Assembly: GCA_017649605.1 (NCBI GenBank)
Contig: JAGCGL010000049.1
Span: 11,402-75,401 of the forward strand
DNA from: Spirochaetia bacterium
Lineage (GTDB): Bacteria > Spirochaetota > Spirochaetia > CADAEX01
Reading direction: 5' to 3'
DNA: 64,000 nt
The position numbers were made by a program, and so were the translations under genes. The number at the start of each line of letters is the position of its first letter. The stretch's first letter is position 1. Shown piece after piece: positions 35,733 to 46,997 of the stretch. The notes under the pieces are model-generated. The model worked only from the letters and a program-made list of their open reading frames with translations. It had not been told where the DNA came from and did not search any database.

Positions 35733-37772
35733 ATGAAAAAACTACTTCTAACATGTTTAATGTTGTTCGTAGCACTTGGTCTCTTCGCTGGCGCTAAAGG
35801 CGAGAAAGCTTCTGGCGGCGCAGCAACCGGACCAAAGAGCGACGCACCAACCATTGCAGACATGAAAGGAATACCTGCAGGAAAATACCAAGGACAGTAT
35901 GAACTTGCAGAGTATGAAAAACTGAGCGGAAAGAAGCTTGAGTTCAAGCAGAACCCAATCTTTGACAATGCTGGTCTTCCTCCTGTTGCAGAAAGACTTC
36001 CTAAGGATGTTATGGTTCTTCCTCCATACAATGAAATCGGAAAATATGGCGGAACATACAGAGCTATGTCCAGAGGACCTGAGTCTGGAACATCAGAAGT
36101 TCTTTCCATACGTCATGTAAACCTGGTAAGAATGACAGATGACCTTAAGGCTATTGTTCCAGATGTTGCAAAAGATTATGAATGGAACAGCGACTTCACA
36201 GAGCTTACATTCCATCTGAGAGAAGGACACAAGTGGTCTGACGGTGAGCCTTTCACAACAGAAGATATCCGCTTCTGGTGGGAAGACATCAAACTCAACA
36301 AAGAGCTTACCGGTAAAGTAAACAGCCTTTTCAGATTCGGCGGAGAGCCTATGAAGGTTACAGTTGTAGACAAATACACTGTTAAGTTCGGATTCAACGT
36401 ACCAGCTCCTGGATTCCTGCTCATGCTTGCAAGCTACTACTGCCAGCCATTCCAGCCTAAGCACGTTCTCATGAAGTACCATAAGAAGTACAACCCAGAT
36501 GCAGACAAACTGGCTGCTTCCTTGGGATTCGATAACTGGGTAATGCTTTTCGGCGTTTATTATAACGACTGGAAGGACTGTGTTCATTGCCTGTCCGGCA
36601 AGCTCCCTGTTTCTGTACCGACCCTGGAATCCCATGTTCTGGTCGAGGAGACAACAGAACACAGACTGTTCAAAGCAAACCCATTCTATCATATTGTAGA
36701 TACAGCAGGAAATCAGCTTCCATACACCAATGAGATTGATGAAGTATTCCACGAGGATCAGGAAATCATGACCCTTAAGGTATTGAACGGTGAAGTGGAC
36801 CGCAAGAACCAGGGTATGAGCCTGCAGCAGTATACAGCTCTTAAAGAGAATGAATCAAAGGGACTGTATAAGGTTAAGCTTATCCAGAACGGTTTGACAT
36901 CAGCAAAAACATTTGCTCTCAACCCAACCCACAAGGATCCTGTTCTCAGAGAGCTCTTCAATAACATCAAGTTCAAGCAGGCATTGTCACTGGCTCTGAA
37001 CAGAGATGAGATCAACGAGATTGTTTACCTTGGAATCGGTACTCCAGCACAGTACACACCAGGTAACCCATTGACCTGTTCCTTCATCACACCAGAGATG
37101 ACCAAATATATGGCAGAATATAATCCAGAGAAGTCAAAAGCTCTGCTGGATGAGATCGGCCTTAAAGTCGGCAAGGACGGTTTCCGCCTGCGCCCAGATG
37201 GCAAGCCGCTGGTAATCTATGCTACATTCACAACTCAGGGCTCACCTGCAATTATGGTTGAGATGCTTAAAGAGTATTGGGATGCTATCGGTGTAAGAAC
37301 AGAGATCAAGGAAGTAAATACAGACCTGTATAAGCAGCTTCTGGCCAACAATGACCATGACATCGGTATCTTCTCTCCTACAACAACTGAGATTTCAAGC
37401 TTCTACAACAGAGAGTATTCTCCATTCATTCCTGAGTTCGGTGACTCTTTCGGCTGTGGAGTTGAATGGCTGAACTGGTACAATACCAATGGTAAGGAAG
37501 GCATGGAGCCTCCTAAAGATATCAAGACACTCTTTGACCTGTATGAGAAGTTCCTGACAACTGAATTCGGAACTCCAGAATATTACAAACTGGCTGGAGA
37601 GATGTCAGAAATTGTAGTCAAGAACCTGTTCCTGATCGGTACAGTTTACGACCTCAAGGGACCAATAGTAGTTGGATCCAGACTTAAGAACGCAATCGAT
37701 CCTGCTATGAAGGGATACACATACTACTACGAATATTCAATTAAACCATGTCAGTGGTACCTTGAACAGTAA
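35733..37772 (+). CDS. ABC transporter substrate-binding protein, family 5 (probably sugar-binding)
   Basis: Signal peptide; LPPVAERLP, LREGHKWSDGEPFT and DTAGNQLPY motifs. Confidence 0.92.
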   Translation: MKKLLLTCLMLFVALGLFAGAKGEKASGGAATGPKSDAPTIADMKGIPAGKYQGQYELAEYEKLSGKKLEFKQNPIFDNAGLPPVAERLPKDVMVLPPYNEIGKYGGTYRAMSRGPESGTSEVLSIRHVNLVRMTDDLKAIVPDVAKDYEWNSDFTELTFHLREGHKWSDGEPFTTEDIRFWWEDIKLNKELTGKVNSLFRFGGEPMKVTVVDKYTVKFGFNVPAPGFLLMLASYYCQPFQPKHVLMKYHKKYNPDADKLAASLGFDNWVMLFGVYYNDWKDCVHCLSGKLPVSVPTLESHVLVEETTEHRLFKANPFYHIVDTAGNQLPYTNEIDEVFHEDQEIMTLKVLNGEVDRKNQGMSLQQYTALKENESKGLYKVKLIQNGLTSAKTFALNPTHKDPVLRELFNNIKFKQALSLALNRDEINEIVYLGIGTPAQYTPGNPLTCSFITPEMTKYMAEYNPEKSKALLDEIGLKVGKDGFRLRPDGKPLVIYATFTTQGSPAIMVEMLKEYWDAIGVRTEIKEVNTDLYKQLLANNDHDIGIFSPTTTEISSFYNREYSPFIPEFGDSFGCGVEWLNWYNTNGKEGMEPPKDIKTLFDLYEKFLTTEFGTPEYYKLAGEMSEIVVKNLFLIGTVYDLKGPIVVGSRLKNAIDPAMKGYTYYYEYSIKPCQWYLEQ

Positions 37773-37781
37773 TTATCTTCC

Positions 37782-37812
37782 GCTGCACTGCCCACCGGCA
37801 GTGCAGCTTTTT
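37782..37812 (+). terminator. Stem-loop after the SBP gene (terminator or mRNA stabiliser)
   Basis: GCTGCACTGCC-cacc-GGCAGTGCAGC-TTTTT. Confidence 0.75.
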
Positions 37813-37826
37813 TAATGGAGATATTG

Positions 37827-38822
37827 ATGGTAAATTTCATTCTTAAAAAACTTTTATCGACATTAATCACAATATTCTTTGTTTCAATAGTTGTATTTAT
37901 AATAATAGAGTTACCTCCAGGAGACTTTACAGACAGTTTTGCGGCAGGACGGTCAGACCAGGGCGAAGTGGTCTCTAAGGCTGAAATCGAGAATATGAGA
38001 GCACTATATGGATTGGACCGGCCGGTACATGAACGATATTTCAAATGGATCTGGGGCATTATAAGCCGTGGAGATTTTGGAATATCTTTCAGGTATAAAA
38101 GCCCGGTTCTGTTTGTAATCGGTGAAAGAATATCCTTTACAACTTATCTGGCCCTCCTGACCATGCTTTTTACATATCTGATCGCCATACCTATAGGAAT
38201 TTATTCTGCAATGCGGCAGTATACTTTAGGCGATTATTTCTTTACATTTGCCGGATATCTGGGACTCTCTATTCCCTCTTTCCTTCTGGCATTGCTGCTC
38301 CTCTACTTCAGCACAAAATATACCCATACTACTGTAGGCGGTCTTTTCTCGCCTGAATTCAAGAATGCGGCCTGGAGCATGGCAAAGGTAGTGGACATGC
38401 TTAAGCATATCTGGGTTGCCGCTGTAGTTCTGGCTGTGGCAGGAACTGCAAAGGTAATCAGAACCTTGCGCGCCACACTGTTGGACGAGAAAAGCAAGCT
38501 GTATGTGACAGCCGCCAAAGCCAGAGGTGTATCTGGGAATTCACTGATTATGAAATACCCGGTCAGAGCTGCAATGAACCCCATTGCCAGCACCCTTGGC
38601 TGGGAACTTTCCTATGTAATTTCCGGTTCCCCTATTGTAGCAGTTGTACTCTCTATCCCAGACATGGGACCGCTATATCTTACCGCTCTTTTAAGCCAGG
38701 ATATGTACCTTGCAGGAACGCTGCTTATCTTTATGAGCTTGATGACCATTATCGGAACATTTATTTCTGATATCCTTCTTGCCATCTTGGATCCAAGAAT
38801 CAGACTGGGGATAAAGATATGA
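37827..38822 (+). CDS. ABC permease, DppB/OppB-like
   Basis: LPPGD, YGLD, GDFGIS, YVTAAKARG and LDPRIR motifs. Confidence 0.92.
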   Translation: MVNFILKKLLSTLITIFFVSIVVFIIIELPPGDFTDSFAAGRSDQGEVVSKAEIENMRALYGLDRPVHERYFKWIWGIISRGDFGISFRYKSPVLFVIGERISFTTYLALLTMLFTYLIAIPIGIYSAMRQYTLGDYFFTFAGYLGLSIPSFLLALLLLYFSTKYTHTTVGGLFSPEFKNAAWSMAKVVDMLKHIWVAAVVLAVAGTAKVIRTLRATLLDEKSKLYVTAAKARGVSGNSLIMKYPVRAAMNPIASTLGWELSYVISGSPIVAVVLSIPDMGPLYLTALLSQDMYLAGTLLIFMSLMTIIGTFISDILLAILDPRIRLGIKI

Positions 38823-39934
38823 AGATACAAGACGATAATTCAAAAATTAAATATTATACCGCGTCCCAATGGCAGCTCATATGGTGGAGATTCCGCAAGC
38901 ACAGGCTTTCAATTGTCGGAATAACAATTCTTTCTATATTCCTTATATTTGCACTGTTCCCTGAGTTTTTTGCACCCTATGGCCCGACACAGAGAAATGG
39001 GGAAAATGTATTCTGCCCTCCTTCAAAAATAGTTTTCAAAAACGCAGATGGAAAATTCTCTCCTGTTCCGCATGTCTATGGTTTCAAGCGGGAAAGAAAC
39101 AAAGAGACCCTTAAGATGGAGTATGTGGTTGATGAGACCAATATCCAGTCCCTTAAATTTTTTGTAAAGGGGGAAAAGTATAAGCTTTTCGGAATCCTGC
39201 CAGGTTCTATCCATATCTATGGTGTGGAAAATGGATTTGTCCACCTGTGGGGAACTGATAATATGGCCAGGGATGTTTTCTCCCGTACTATATTTGCCAC
39301 CAGAAGCTCGCTCTCCATCGGTGTCCTGGGTCTTTTCATCGCATTTGTAATTGGACTTGTCATAGGTGGTGTTTCGGGCTATTTCGGAGGCTGGGTAGAT
39401 AACTTCATCCAGCGTCTGACCGAATTCATACGTTCTATTCCTACCTATCCGCTGTGGATGGGTGTTGCGGCCGCCATGCCCAAGGAATGGAGCCCAAAGA
39501 CAGTCTATTTCATGATGACCATAATCCTGGGCTTTATCGGCTGGACAACCCTGGCCCGCCGTATCAGAAGCCAGATCATAGCCATCAGGGAAGCAGATTT
39601 CATCGTAGCTGCGAAGCTGTGCGGAGCAAGCGATATGCGCATCATATTCAAGCATATGATACCTACATTCATAAGCTATATCATAGTTGACCTGACCATA
39701 TCGTTCCCTAACATGATATTGAGCGAGACCTCCTTAAGCTTCCTGGGCCTTGGCCTCCGGCCACCGGTGACCAGCTGGGGAGTACTGCTTAAAGCGGCAC
39801 AGAATATAGATACTATAATGAGCAGCCCATGGATGCTTATTCCTTCTATCTTCGTAATACTTGCAGTTCTCTCATTCAGCTTTGTAGGCGACGGACTCAG
39901 AGATGCTGCCGACCCATATTCAGAAAAATCTTGA
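38819..39934 (+). CDS. ABC permease, DppC/OppC-like
   Basis: GTDNMARD, LSFLGLG and GDGLRDAADP motifs. Confidence 0.92.
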   Translation: MKIQDDNSKIKYYTASQWQLIWWRFRKHRLSIVGITILSIFLIFALFPEFFAPYGPTQRNGENVFCPPSKIVFKNADGKFSPVPHVYGFKRERNKETLKMEYVVDETNIQSLKFFVKGEKYKLFGILPGSIHIYGVENGFVHLWGTDNMARDVFSRTIFATRSSLSIGVLGLFIAFVIGLVIGGVSGYFGGWVDNFIQRLTEFIRSIPTYPLWMGVAAAMPKEWSPKTVYFMMTIILGFIGWTTLARRIRSQIIAIREADFIVAAKLCGASDMRIIFKHMIPTFISYIIVDLTISFPNMILSETSLSFLGLGLRPPVTSWGVLLKAAQNIDTIMSSPWMLIPSIFVILAVLSFSFVGDGLRDAADPYSEKS

Positions 39935-39942
39935 GGTATGCC

Positions 39943-40950
39943 ATGGATAAAAAAACACTGCTTGAAGTAAAAGATTTATCAGTATATTTCAACCTTAGGG
40001 AAGGTGTATTGAAAGCTGTCGACGGAGTAAGCTTCAATGTTGATAAAAACTCAACTGTAGGAATAGTTGGTGAAAGCGGTTCCGGAAAAAGTGTGACAGC
40101 ACAGGCCTTCATGAGGATTCTGCCTGATACAGCAGAGATAAAGAGTGGTGAGATCAACTACTATAAGGATCCGGACAATCCTATAAAAATTCATGAACTT
40201 CCCGACAGAAGCCCGATTCTGAGCAATATCAGAGGCAAAGAGATAAGCATGATATTCCAGGAGCCTATGAGTGCATTCTCACCTCTCCATACCATTGGAC
40301 ATCAGATGATCGAATGCCTTATGCTCCATACACCCATGACTAAACAGGAGGCCCGTGAGCGGTCCATAGAGATGCTGGCAAAGGTTGGAATCTCCAACCC
40401 TGATAAACGTGTAGACCAGTATTCCTTTGAGCTTTCCGGCGGAATGCGGCAGAGAGCCATGATTGCCATTGCTCTTTCCACCAACCCTTCCATAGTTATT
40501 GCGGACGAGCCGACAACATCACTTGATGTAACAATCCAGGCCCAGATTCTTAAGCTTATGAAAGATATGCAGCAGGAATTCAACATGAGCATAATCTTCA
40601 TAACCCATAACCTGGGAGTAATAGCCCAGATGGCAGATACTATACAGATTATGTACCTGGGTAAGATAATGGAGTCGGGAACAGCAGAGGAAATCTTCTA
40701 TGAACCCCGCCATCCTTACACCATCAACCTTCTTAAGGCAATCCCTAAAATCGGAAGCAATACGGGTGGAAAGCTTGAAGCTATTCCGGGGCAGATTCCT
40801 GGACCGTTCGATGTCCAGAAAGGCTGCAAATTCTGTACCAGATGTCCATCGGCCATAAAAGGACTGTGCGACCAGAGGTCACCGGAGATCAAGAAGTATT
40901 CAGAAACACATAGTGTATTCTGCTGGAAATGCCTTGAACAGGAGAAATAG
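39943..40950 (+). CDS. ABC ATPase, DppD/OppD-like
   Basis: [20 protein letters not shown] and Cys-rich C-terminus. Confidence 0.93.
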   Translation: MDKKTLLEVKDLSVYFNLREGVLKAVDGVSFNVDKNSTVGIVGESGSGKSVTAQAFMRILPDTAEIKSGEINYYKDPDNPIKIHELPDRSPILSNIRGKEISMIFQEPMSAFSPLHTIGHQMIECLMLHTPMTKQEARERSIEMLAKVGISNPDKRVDQYSFELSGGMRQRAMIAIALSTNPSIVIADEPTTSLDVTIQAQILKLMKDMQQEFNMSIIFITHNLGVIAQMADTIQIMYLGKIMESGTAEEIFYEPRHPYTINLLKAIPKIGSNTGGKLEAIPGQIPGPFDVQKGCKFCTRCPSAIKGLCDQRSPEIKKYSETHSVFCWKCLEQEK

Positions 40951-40953
40951 GAT

Positions 40954-41964
40954 ATGGAAGATAATATTCTTGTCGTAAAAAACTTAAGCAAAGAATTTCC
41001 TATATACAAAGGTTTTCTCAGAAGAAGCAATATGTCTGTAAAGGCTGTGAACAATGTCTCTTTCGAAATACACCGCGGAGAGACACTGGGGCTGGTGGGA
41101 GAAAGCGGATCAGGCAAAACCACACTGGGCAGATTGGTCTTAAGGGCAATGGAGCCTACAGCCGGAGAGATTGTCTATAACTTCGCTGATGAGAAGAGTG
41201 TGGACATTCTTAAACTTAAGAAAAAGCAGCTTTATAAAATCAGATCAAAGATACAGATGGTGTTCCAGGATCCATATTCTTCCCTGAACCCACGTATGAC
41301 AGTCCGGGATATAATAGCAGAGACCCTTGTGGCAAACAAGACCATGAGCAGGAGCGAGATAGACAACCGTGTCCGGGAGATAGCAGACCTGTGCAAGCTG
41401 AACCTGGAGCACTTAAGACGGTTCCCTCATGCCTTCTCCGGAGGGCAGAGACAGCGTATCGGTATTGCCAGGGCGCTGGCAGTAAACCCTGAATTTGTAG
41501 TATGTGACGAGTCCGTATCTGCTCTTGATGTTTCTGTACAGGCCGAAATCATCAACCTGTTCAAAGAGCTTCAGGTGATCAAGGATATCACATACCTTTT
41601 CATTGCCCACGACTTAAGCATTGTGGAGCATATAAGCGACAGGATCATTGTTATGTATCTGGGGCAGATTGTGGAAGAGGCAGATAAGAAGACACTGTTC
41701 GAAAATCCTATGCACCCTTACACTGAGGCATTGATGTCTGCAATTCCTGAGCCTGATCCACTGCGCAAGATGGCCCCGATCTTCCTGGAAGGCGAGATTC
41801 CTAACCCGATCAATCCTCCAACAGGCTGCTATTTCCATCCACGCTGTCATTATGCCACCGAGAAATGCAAGAAAGAAATGCCATGCCTGCGCTGTTTCGG
41901 CAACCATAAGGTAGCCTGCCACCGGGCAGAGGAGCTTCATTTAAAGCAGTACATAAAATATTAA
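40954..41964 (+). CDS. ABC ATPase, DppF/OppF-like
   Basis: [16 protein letters not shown] and GCYFHPRC motifs. Confidence 0.93.
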   Translation: MEDNILVVKNLSKEFPIYKGFLRRSNMSVKAVNNVSFEIHRGETLGLVGESGSGKTTLGRLVLRAMEPTAGEIVYNFADEKSVDILKLKKKQLYKIRSKIQMVFQDPYSSLNPRMTVRDIIAETLVANKTMSRSEIDNRVREIADLCKLNLEHLRRFPHAFSGGQRQRIGIARALAVNPEFVVCDESVSALDVSVQAEIINLFKELQVIKDITYLFIAHDLSIVEHISDRIIVMYLGQIVEEADKKTLFENPMHPYTEALMSAIPEPDPLRKMAPIFLEGEIPNPINPPTGCYFHPRCHYATEKCKKEMPCLRCFGNHKVACHRAEELHLKQYIKY

Positions 41965-41986
41965 ACATCAATAGATGGAGAGAAAA

Positions 41987-42883
41987 ATGGAAAACAATCT
42001 TAAGAACTTACGTTTTGTGCCATGCTACGATGGTTTTCTTTCCGGCAACAAATCTGCCTCCGAGATCATCGATATCTGCAAGGCTTCGGGATTTTATGGA
42101 ATCGAAGGGCATGCCGAGTATGGCATATTCAATGACTCCATTGAGAATCTTACTAAAACCGGAGAGGCCTTCAAGGCGGCGGGTCTCTCTATAGACACCT
42201 ACCACCTGCCCTGGGAGGACAAGGTGCTGGATGACATATCAACCCTGTATGAATGCGATAGAACCAGGGTTGTGGAAAAAGCAAAGTATTGGATAGAAAG
42301 AGCTGTGGCTGTGGGCAGCACCATCGGAGTGATGCACCCCTGCAACCGCCGCCGCCATAACGGCCTCCTCTGCTACGATGTTGCAATAGAGGGCGAGGAC
42401 CGGATTTTCGGCCAGGTGCATAAATCGCTGCAGGATCTTCTTAAGTTCTGCGAGCAGTTCAATTTCAGACTGGCAGTCGAGAACTTTGTCCCTTATTCCG
42501 GCGGTATGCTTGGAAGCACCAACGAGCATATGTTAAGAATCTACGAAGAAAACAAACATCCGCTCCTTGGATTCTGTCTTGATACAGGCCATGCTCTTAT
42601 GGCCTTCGGAAAAGACGTGATGAAAGCTTACTATGCTATGGAAGAGCATATTATTGCATTCCATCTGGCAGACAACGCCGGCGACCGGGATTCCCATATC
42701 CTGCCAGGTCATGGTAACTTCCCATGGGGCGATTTCTTCAAGGCTCTGAACAAGCGTGGATTCACAGGCAATGTATGTGTAGAGACTCCTCCTTTCGATA
42801 TCGGGCCAAACTACTCTGTCGAAGCATGGTGCAAGATGTTCAAAGAAATGAATGATCTGGTGGAGAAATCGCTGGAGGAATGA
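41987..42883 (+). CDS. Sugar phosphate isomerase/epimerase family TIM barrel, paralogue 1
   Basis: EN, DTGH, HLADN, DSH..PG.G and E metal-ligand pattern. Confidence 0.88.
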   Translation: MENNLKNLRFVPCYDGFLSGNKSASEIIDICKASGFYGIEGHAEYGIFNDSIENLTKTGEAFKAAGLSIDTYHLPWEDKVLDDISTLYECDRTRVVEKAKYWIERAVAVGSTIGVMHPCNRRRHNGLLCYDVAIEGEDRIFGQVHKSLQDLLKFCEQFNFRLAVENFVPYSGGMLGSTNEHMLRIYEENKHPLLGFCLDTGHALMAFGKDVMKAYYAMEEHIIAFHLADNAGDRDSHILPGHGNFPWGDFFKALNKRGFTGNVCVETPPFDIGPNYSVEAWCKMFKEMNDLVEKSLEE

Positions 42884-43764
42884 TGTATAGATTTGTACCA
42901 TCCTATGACACAGGAGTAATGCAGTCCAAAAAAACAGCTGAAGAAATAATTGAACTGTGCAAGAAATCTGGATTCTATGGAATGGAGGGAGTTTACGGAG
43001 AAGGAATACTAAATGGTTCTCTTGAGGAGCTTACTAAGATTGGAGAAGCCTTCAAGGCTGCAGGACTTTCCATAGATACATTCCATCTTCCATACAGCCA
43101 TGCCGAGATGAACGATATCTCAAACCTCTATGAATGTGACCGTAAGAGAGTTGTAGAGAATGTGAAAAGCTGGATTGAGAAAGCTGTGGCTGTAGGCAGC
43201 ACCATTGGAATAATCCACCCATGTTCCCGCCGCCGGTGGAACGGCTTGCAGTGCTATGATATTGCGATTGAGGGCGAGGACAGGATGTTCGGACAGGTGT
43301 GCAAATCGCTTCAGGAGCTCTTGAAATTCGGCGAGCAGTTCGGTTTCAGGATTGCTGTTGAGAATATAGAACCTTATGGCGGCGGAATGCTTGGAAGCCG
43401 CGGCGAGCACCTTAAAAGGATTTACGAGGAGAACAAGCACCCCAACTTAGGCTTCTGCCTGGATACAGGCCATGCCCTTATGTCCTATGGACATGATGTT
43501 ATGGATCTATATTACGACATGGAGGAGCACCTTATTGCTTTCCACCTGGCCGACAACGCAGGCGACCGGGATTCCCATATACTGCCCGGCCACGGCAACT
43601 TCCCATGGGGCGACTTCTTCAAAGCCCTTAAGAAACGGGGATTCACAGGCAATGTCTGCGTAGAGGCACCACCTTTTGACATTGGTCCTAACTATTCCGA
43701 TGAGGCCTGGTGCAATATGTTCAAAGAGATGAATAAATTAGTGGAGAAATCTTTGGAGGATTAG
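42880..43764 (+). CDS. Sugar phosphate isomerase/epimerase family TIM barrel, paralogue 2
   Basis: Same motifs; obviously similar to both neighbours. Confidence 0.88.
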   Translation: MMYRFVPSYDTGVMQSKKTAEEIIELCKKSGFYGMEGVYGEGILNGSLEELTKIGEAFKAAGLSIDTFHLPYSHAEMNDISNLYECDRKRVVENVKSWIEKAVAVGSTIGIIHPCSRRRWNGLQCYDIAIEGEDRMFGQVCKSLQELLKFGEQFGFRIAVENIEPYGGGMLGSRGEHLKRIYEENKHPNLGFCLDTGHALMSYGHDVMDLYYDMEEHLIAFHLADNAGDRDSHILPGHGNFPWGDFFKALKKRGFTGNVCVEAPPFDIGPNYSDEAWCNMFKEMNKLVEKSLED

Positions 43765-43766
43765 CT

Positions 43767-44663
43767 ATGGAAAACAACATTAAGAATTTACGTTTTTGTC
43801 CTTCCTATGATGGTTTTGTAGCTGGAAACAAATCGGTATCCGAGACTATTGATATTCTAAAAACAGCTGGCTTCTATGGACTTGAAGGATGGGCAGGCCA
43901 TGGATTTTTCGACGGCTCTGTCGAAGATCTTGCCAAGGTTGGCGAAGCTTTCAAGGCTGCCGGACTTGTCATAAACACTTTCCATCTGCCCTATGAACAG
44001 CCTGTCTTAGACGATATTGCCGCTCTGTACGAACTGGACAGAACCAGAGCTGTAGAGCGGATGAAAATCTGGATTGAGAAAGCTGCGGCCTGCGGAGCTA
44101 AAATAGGTATTCTCCATCCCACCACCAGAGCAGCTGTCAATGGACTAAGCTGCTATGATGTAGAGAAGGAGGGGCTTGACCGGATATGTGCACAGGCAAA
44201 TAAATCTCTGCAGACTATGCTCAAGTTCTCTGAACAGTTTGATTTCAAGATTGCTATTGAGAACATGCCGCCCCGCTCAGGTGGAAGGCTCGGAAGCAAG
44301 AATGAGCATATTTTAAAGCTGTATGAGGAAAACAGACATCCTAATCTTGGCTTCTGTCTCGATACAGGCCATGCCCTGCTCTCTTATGGGAAAGATGCCA
44401 TGAAAGCCTACTATGCTATGGAAGACCACCTTATTGCCTTCCACCTGGCCGACAATGCAGGCGACCGGGATTCCCACCTGCTGCCTGGCCACGGCAGATT
44501 CCCATGGGATGATTTCTTCAGGGCTCTTAACAAACGGGGATTCAGCGACACAGTATGTGCTGAGACAGTTCCATTTGATATAGGTCCCAACTACTCTGTC
44601 GAGTCGTGGTGCAATATGTTCAAGACATTGAATGGATTAGTTGAGAAAGCAATAGGGAATTAA
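43767..44663 (+). CDS. Sugar phosphate isomerase/epimerase family TIM barrel, paralogue 3
   Basis: Same motifs. Confidence 0.88.
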   Translation: MENNIKNLRFCPSYDGFVAGNKSVSETIDILKTAGFYGLEGWAGHGFFDGSVEDLAKVGEAFKAAGLVINTFHLPYEQPVLDDIAALYELDRTRAVERMKIWIEKAAACGAKIGILHPTTRAAVNGLSCYDVEKEGLDRICAQANKSLQTMLKFSEQFDFKIAIENMPPRSGGRLGSKNEHILKLYEENRHPNLGFCLDTGHALLSYGKDAMKAYYAMEDHLIAFHLADNAGDRDSHLLPGHGRFPWDDFFRALNKRGFSDTVCAETVPFDIGPNYSVESWCNMFKTLNGLVEKAIGN

Positions 44664-44670
44664 ACAGCAT

Positions 44671-45399
44671 TTATTTCTTCTTGTTCTCCCGGTATTCTGT
44701 CGGGGTGAATCCGGTGTATTTCTTGAACAGCCGTCCGAAGTAGGAAGGATCGTCGTAGCCTGTCTTCTCGGAGATATCGTAGGTCTTCTGCTCTGTCTCC
44801 AGAAGCATTTTCTTGGCCTCTTCCATCCGTATCCTGATAAGGTAGTCCCAGATAGTGATTCCTGTCTCTTTCTTGAAGATATTGCAGAAATAATTCTTGC
44901 TTAAGGAGACATAGTTGGATATCTTGTTCAGGTTTATATTCTCCTGGAAATTCTTCTTGATATACTCACAGGCCAGCCGCACAGGCAGAGAATAATTGAC
45001 TGAGCTCACATGGTCTGTCTGCTTAGAGTTATGGCTGATATTATAAATCGCCTTGTTGATAAGCTCCTTAAGCTCTGCCTCGTTAATAGGCTTGAGGAGA
45101 TACCCTGTAACTCCAAAGTCCAGGGCCTTGCGGGCATACTCAAAGGTACCGTAGGCTGTCAGGATAATTATCTCGCAGTTATAGCTGTTGGTTTTGATCC
45201 ACTCTATGAACTCAAAGCCATCCATACCAGGCATCATTATATCGGTAAGGACAATGTCGGGTATCTCCTGCTTGATTTTCTCCATTGCCACGGCAGCACT
45301 TTCCGCATACTCAGGGACAATTTCAAAAGATTTCCAGTCTATAGTAGCCTTGACTATCTCAAAGCTGGTCTGTTCATCATCAATCATCAATAATCGCAT
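44671..45399 (-). CDS. Response regulator with AraC-type HTH (YesN-like)
   Basis: DDE, DIMMPGMDG and YLLKP receiver motifs; GYDDPSYF...FKK..G.TP AraC motif. Confidence 0.95.
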   Translation of the reverse strand: MRLLMIDDEQTSFEIVKATIDWKSFEIVPEYAESAAVAMEKIKQEIPDIVLTDIMMPGMDGFEFIEWIKTNSYNCEIIILTAYGTFEYARKALDFGVTGYLLKPINEAELKELINKAIYNISHNSKQTDHVSSVNYSLPVRLACEYIKKNFQENINLNKISNYVSLSKNYFCNIFKKETGITIWDYLIRIRMEEAKKMLLETEQKTYDISEKTGYDDPSYFGRLFKKYTGFTPTEYRENKKK

Positions 45400-46988
45400 A
45401 GTTCATCCGGTATCCTTATAGTTATCACAGTACCCTCTTCCACTTTGGAGCTGATACTCAGTCCATACTTCCAGCCATATTGCATCTTGATTCTGCTGTT
45501 CACATTTATAAGCCCAAGGTTGTGGGAAGATCCCACTGCGCCCTCTGCCTCGAGGCACCCCTGTATATACTTAAGCCTTCCCTCTTCTATCCCGTTTCCA
45601 TTGTCGGAGATCACAAACGAAGTAACCCGGCTGCTGGTGGAGACCAAGACCTTTATTTCCAGCGGCCTGTCGGTTCTGAACCCATACTTGATAGAGTTCT
45701 CCACCACCGGCTGAAGCAGCAGCTTGAGGGTCTGGTGGTTAAACAGTGTTTCGGGGCAATCTATGGAGAGTATAATGCTCTTTTTAAACCGTATCTGGTT
45801 TATTGCCACATAGTTCTGTATGCTTCCCAGCTCCTCTTTTATCGAAACCTTTTTATCCTGGTCAAAAAGCCCGTAGTGCATAAGGTTTCCAAGTGTATCT
45901 ATTGTTTTTATTATATCTGCATTCTGGCTGTTTATAGCCATAAGCTTAAGGGAATTCAATGTGTTAAGAAGAAAATGTGGATTTATCTGATCCTGAAGCG
46001 TCTTTATATTGGCCTGTGTGGCAAGCATCTCCTTCTCGTAGACCTCCCTGGTAAGGGCAGAGACCTTATCTATCATCATATCCAGCTTGTCGCTCAGTTC
46101 CTCTATCTCCTGGTAGCTGTCATCATGCAACTTTATGTCAAACCGCCCCCTGGATATGAATGTGATGAGCTCCTTCATACGGTTGATAGGCTGGAATACC
46201 CTCTTCTCCAGGATTATGTTCTGAATAAAAAGCCAGATTATGAAGACCAGGAATACCACCAGAATCGATATCTTTAGCTTTAAGACATCATCTTCTATCT
46301 TGGAATAATCCACATGGAGCTCAAAATATAAATTGTTCTTAAGGGCATATCTGAATGTCTTGTCATATTCGCTGTTATAGAAATGATTCTCCAGCGACAC
46401 ATAGTTTCTTGCCGAATCATAGAGCATAGATTTTTCCAGGACTGCACCGGCATTCTTAAGTGTGGCAAGAAGACCGTTTATATAACTTCTGTCCAGAAAT
46501 ACAATAATAAAAAGATCATTCTCCAAAGGATAGATTATTGATATCTCTTCGTAGGTGAATGAATCATATAGATCACGGACCGATGATGTGGAGAAGAAAT
46601 ATGGGGCGCTGTTGTTCTGCAGCCTGCCAGATGGGAAGAAAGCATCAGGATTTACCGGAGAATAGCGCACAGGAACTGGATATTCAACCCGTTTCCCTTT
46701 TAAGAACCCCACATTGAGCACACTCTTTTCCCTTGACAACTCCCTCACCTTTTTATCCAACGATATATCGGAGCTTATTATCTTAAGGAACGATTCAGCT
46801 GTGCTGTCAAAGAACATATCCAGATATTTTGCAGTCATCTGGACCTCGTTCTCATACTTTGAGTTGCTTATGTCATAAATAATAGTGATTGCAACATTGT
46901 AGACAATAATAAAGATTGAGAAAGAGAGGAGAAGCAGGGCGATTATGGCATGCCTGAAAATAATGTTCTTAAGGCTTCGGCCTCTCAA
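45387..46988 (-). CDS. Sensor histidine kinase (YesM-like)
   Basis: Two TM segments, HAMP, QINPHFLLNTL, QPVVENSIKYG, DNGNG and GLINV motifs. Confidence 0.93.
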   Translation of the reverse strand: MRGRSLKNIIFRHAIIALLLLSFSIFIIVYNVAITIIYDISNSKYENEVQMTAKYLDMFFDSTAESFLKIISSDISLDKKVRELSREKSVLNVGFLKGKRVEYPVPVRYSPVNPDAFFPSGRLQNNSAPYFFSTSSVRDLYDSFTYEEISIIYPLENDLFIIVFLDRSYINGLLATLKNAGAVLEKSMLYDSARNYVSLENHFYNSEYDKTFRYALKNNLYFELHVDYSKIEDDVLKLKISILVVFLVFIIWLFIQNIILEKRVFQPINRMKELITFISRGRFDIKLHDDSYQEIEELSDKLDMMIDKVSALTREVYEKEMLATQANIKTLQDQINPHFLLNTLNSLKLMAINSQNADIIKTIDTLGNLMHYGLFDQDKKVSIKEELGSIQNYVAINQIRFKKSIILSIDCPETLFNHQTLKLLLQPVVENSIKYGFRTDRPLEIKVLVSTSSRVTSFVISDNGNGIEEGRLKYIQGCLEAEGAVGSSHNLGLINVNSRIKMQYGWKYGLSISSKVEEGTVITIRIPDELCDY

Positions 46989-46997
46989 ACTGCCCCC

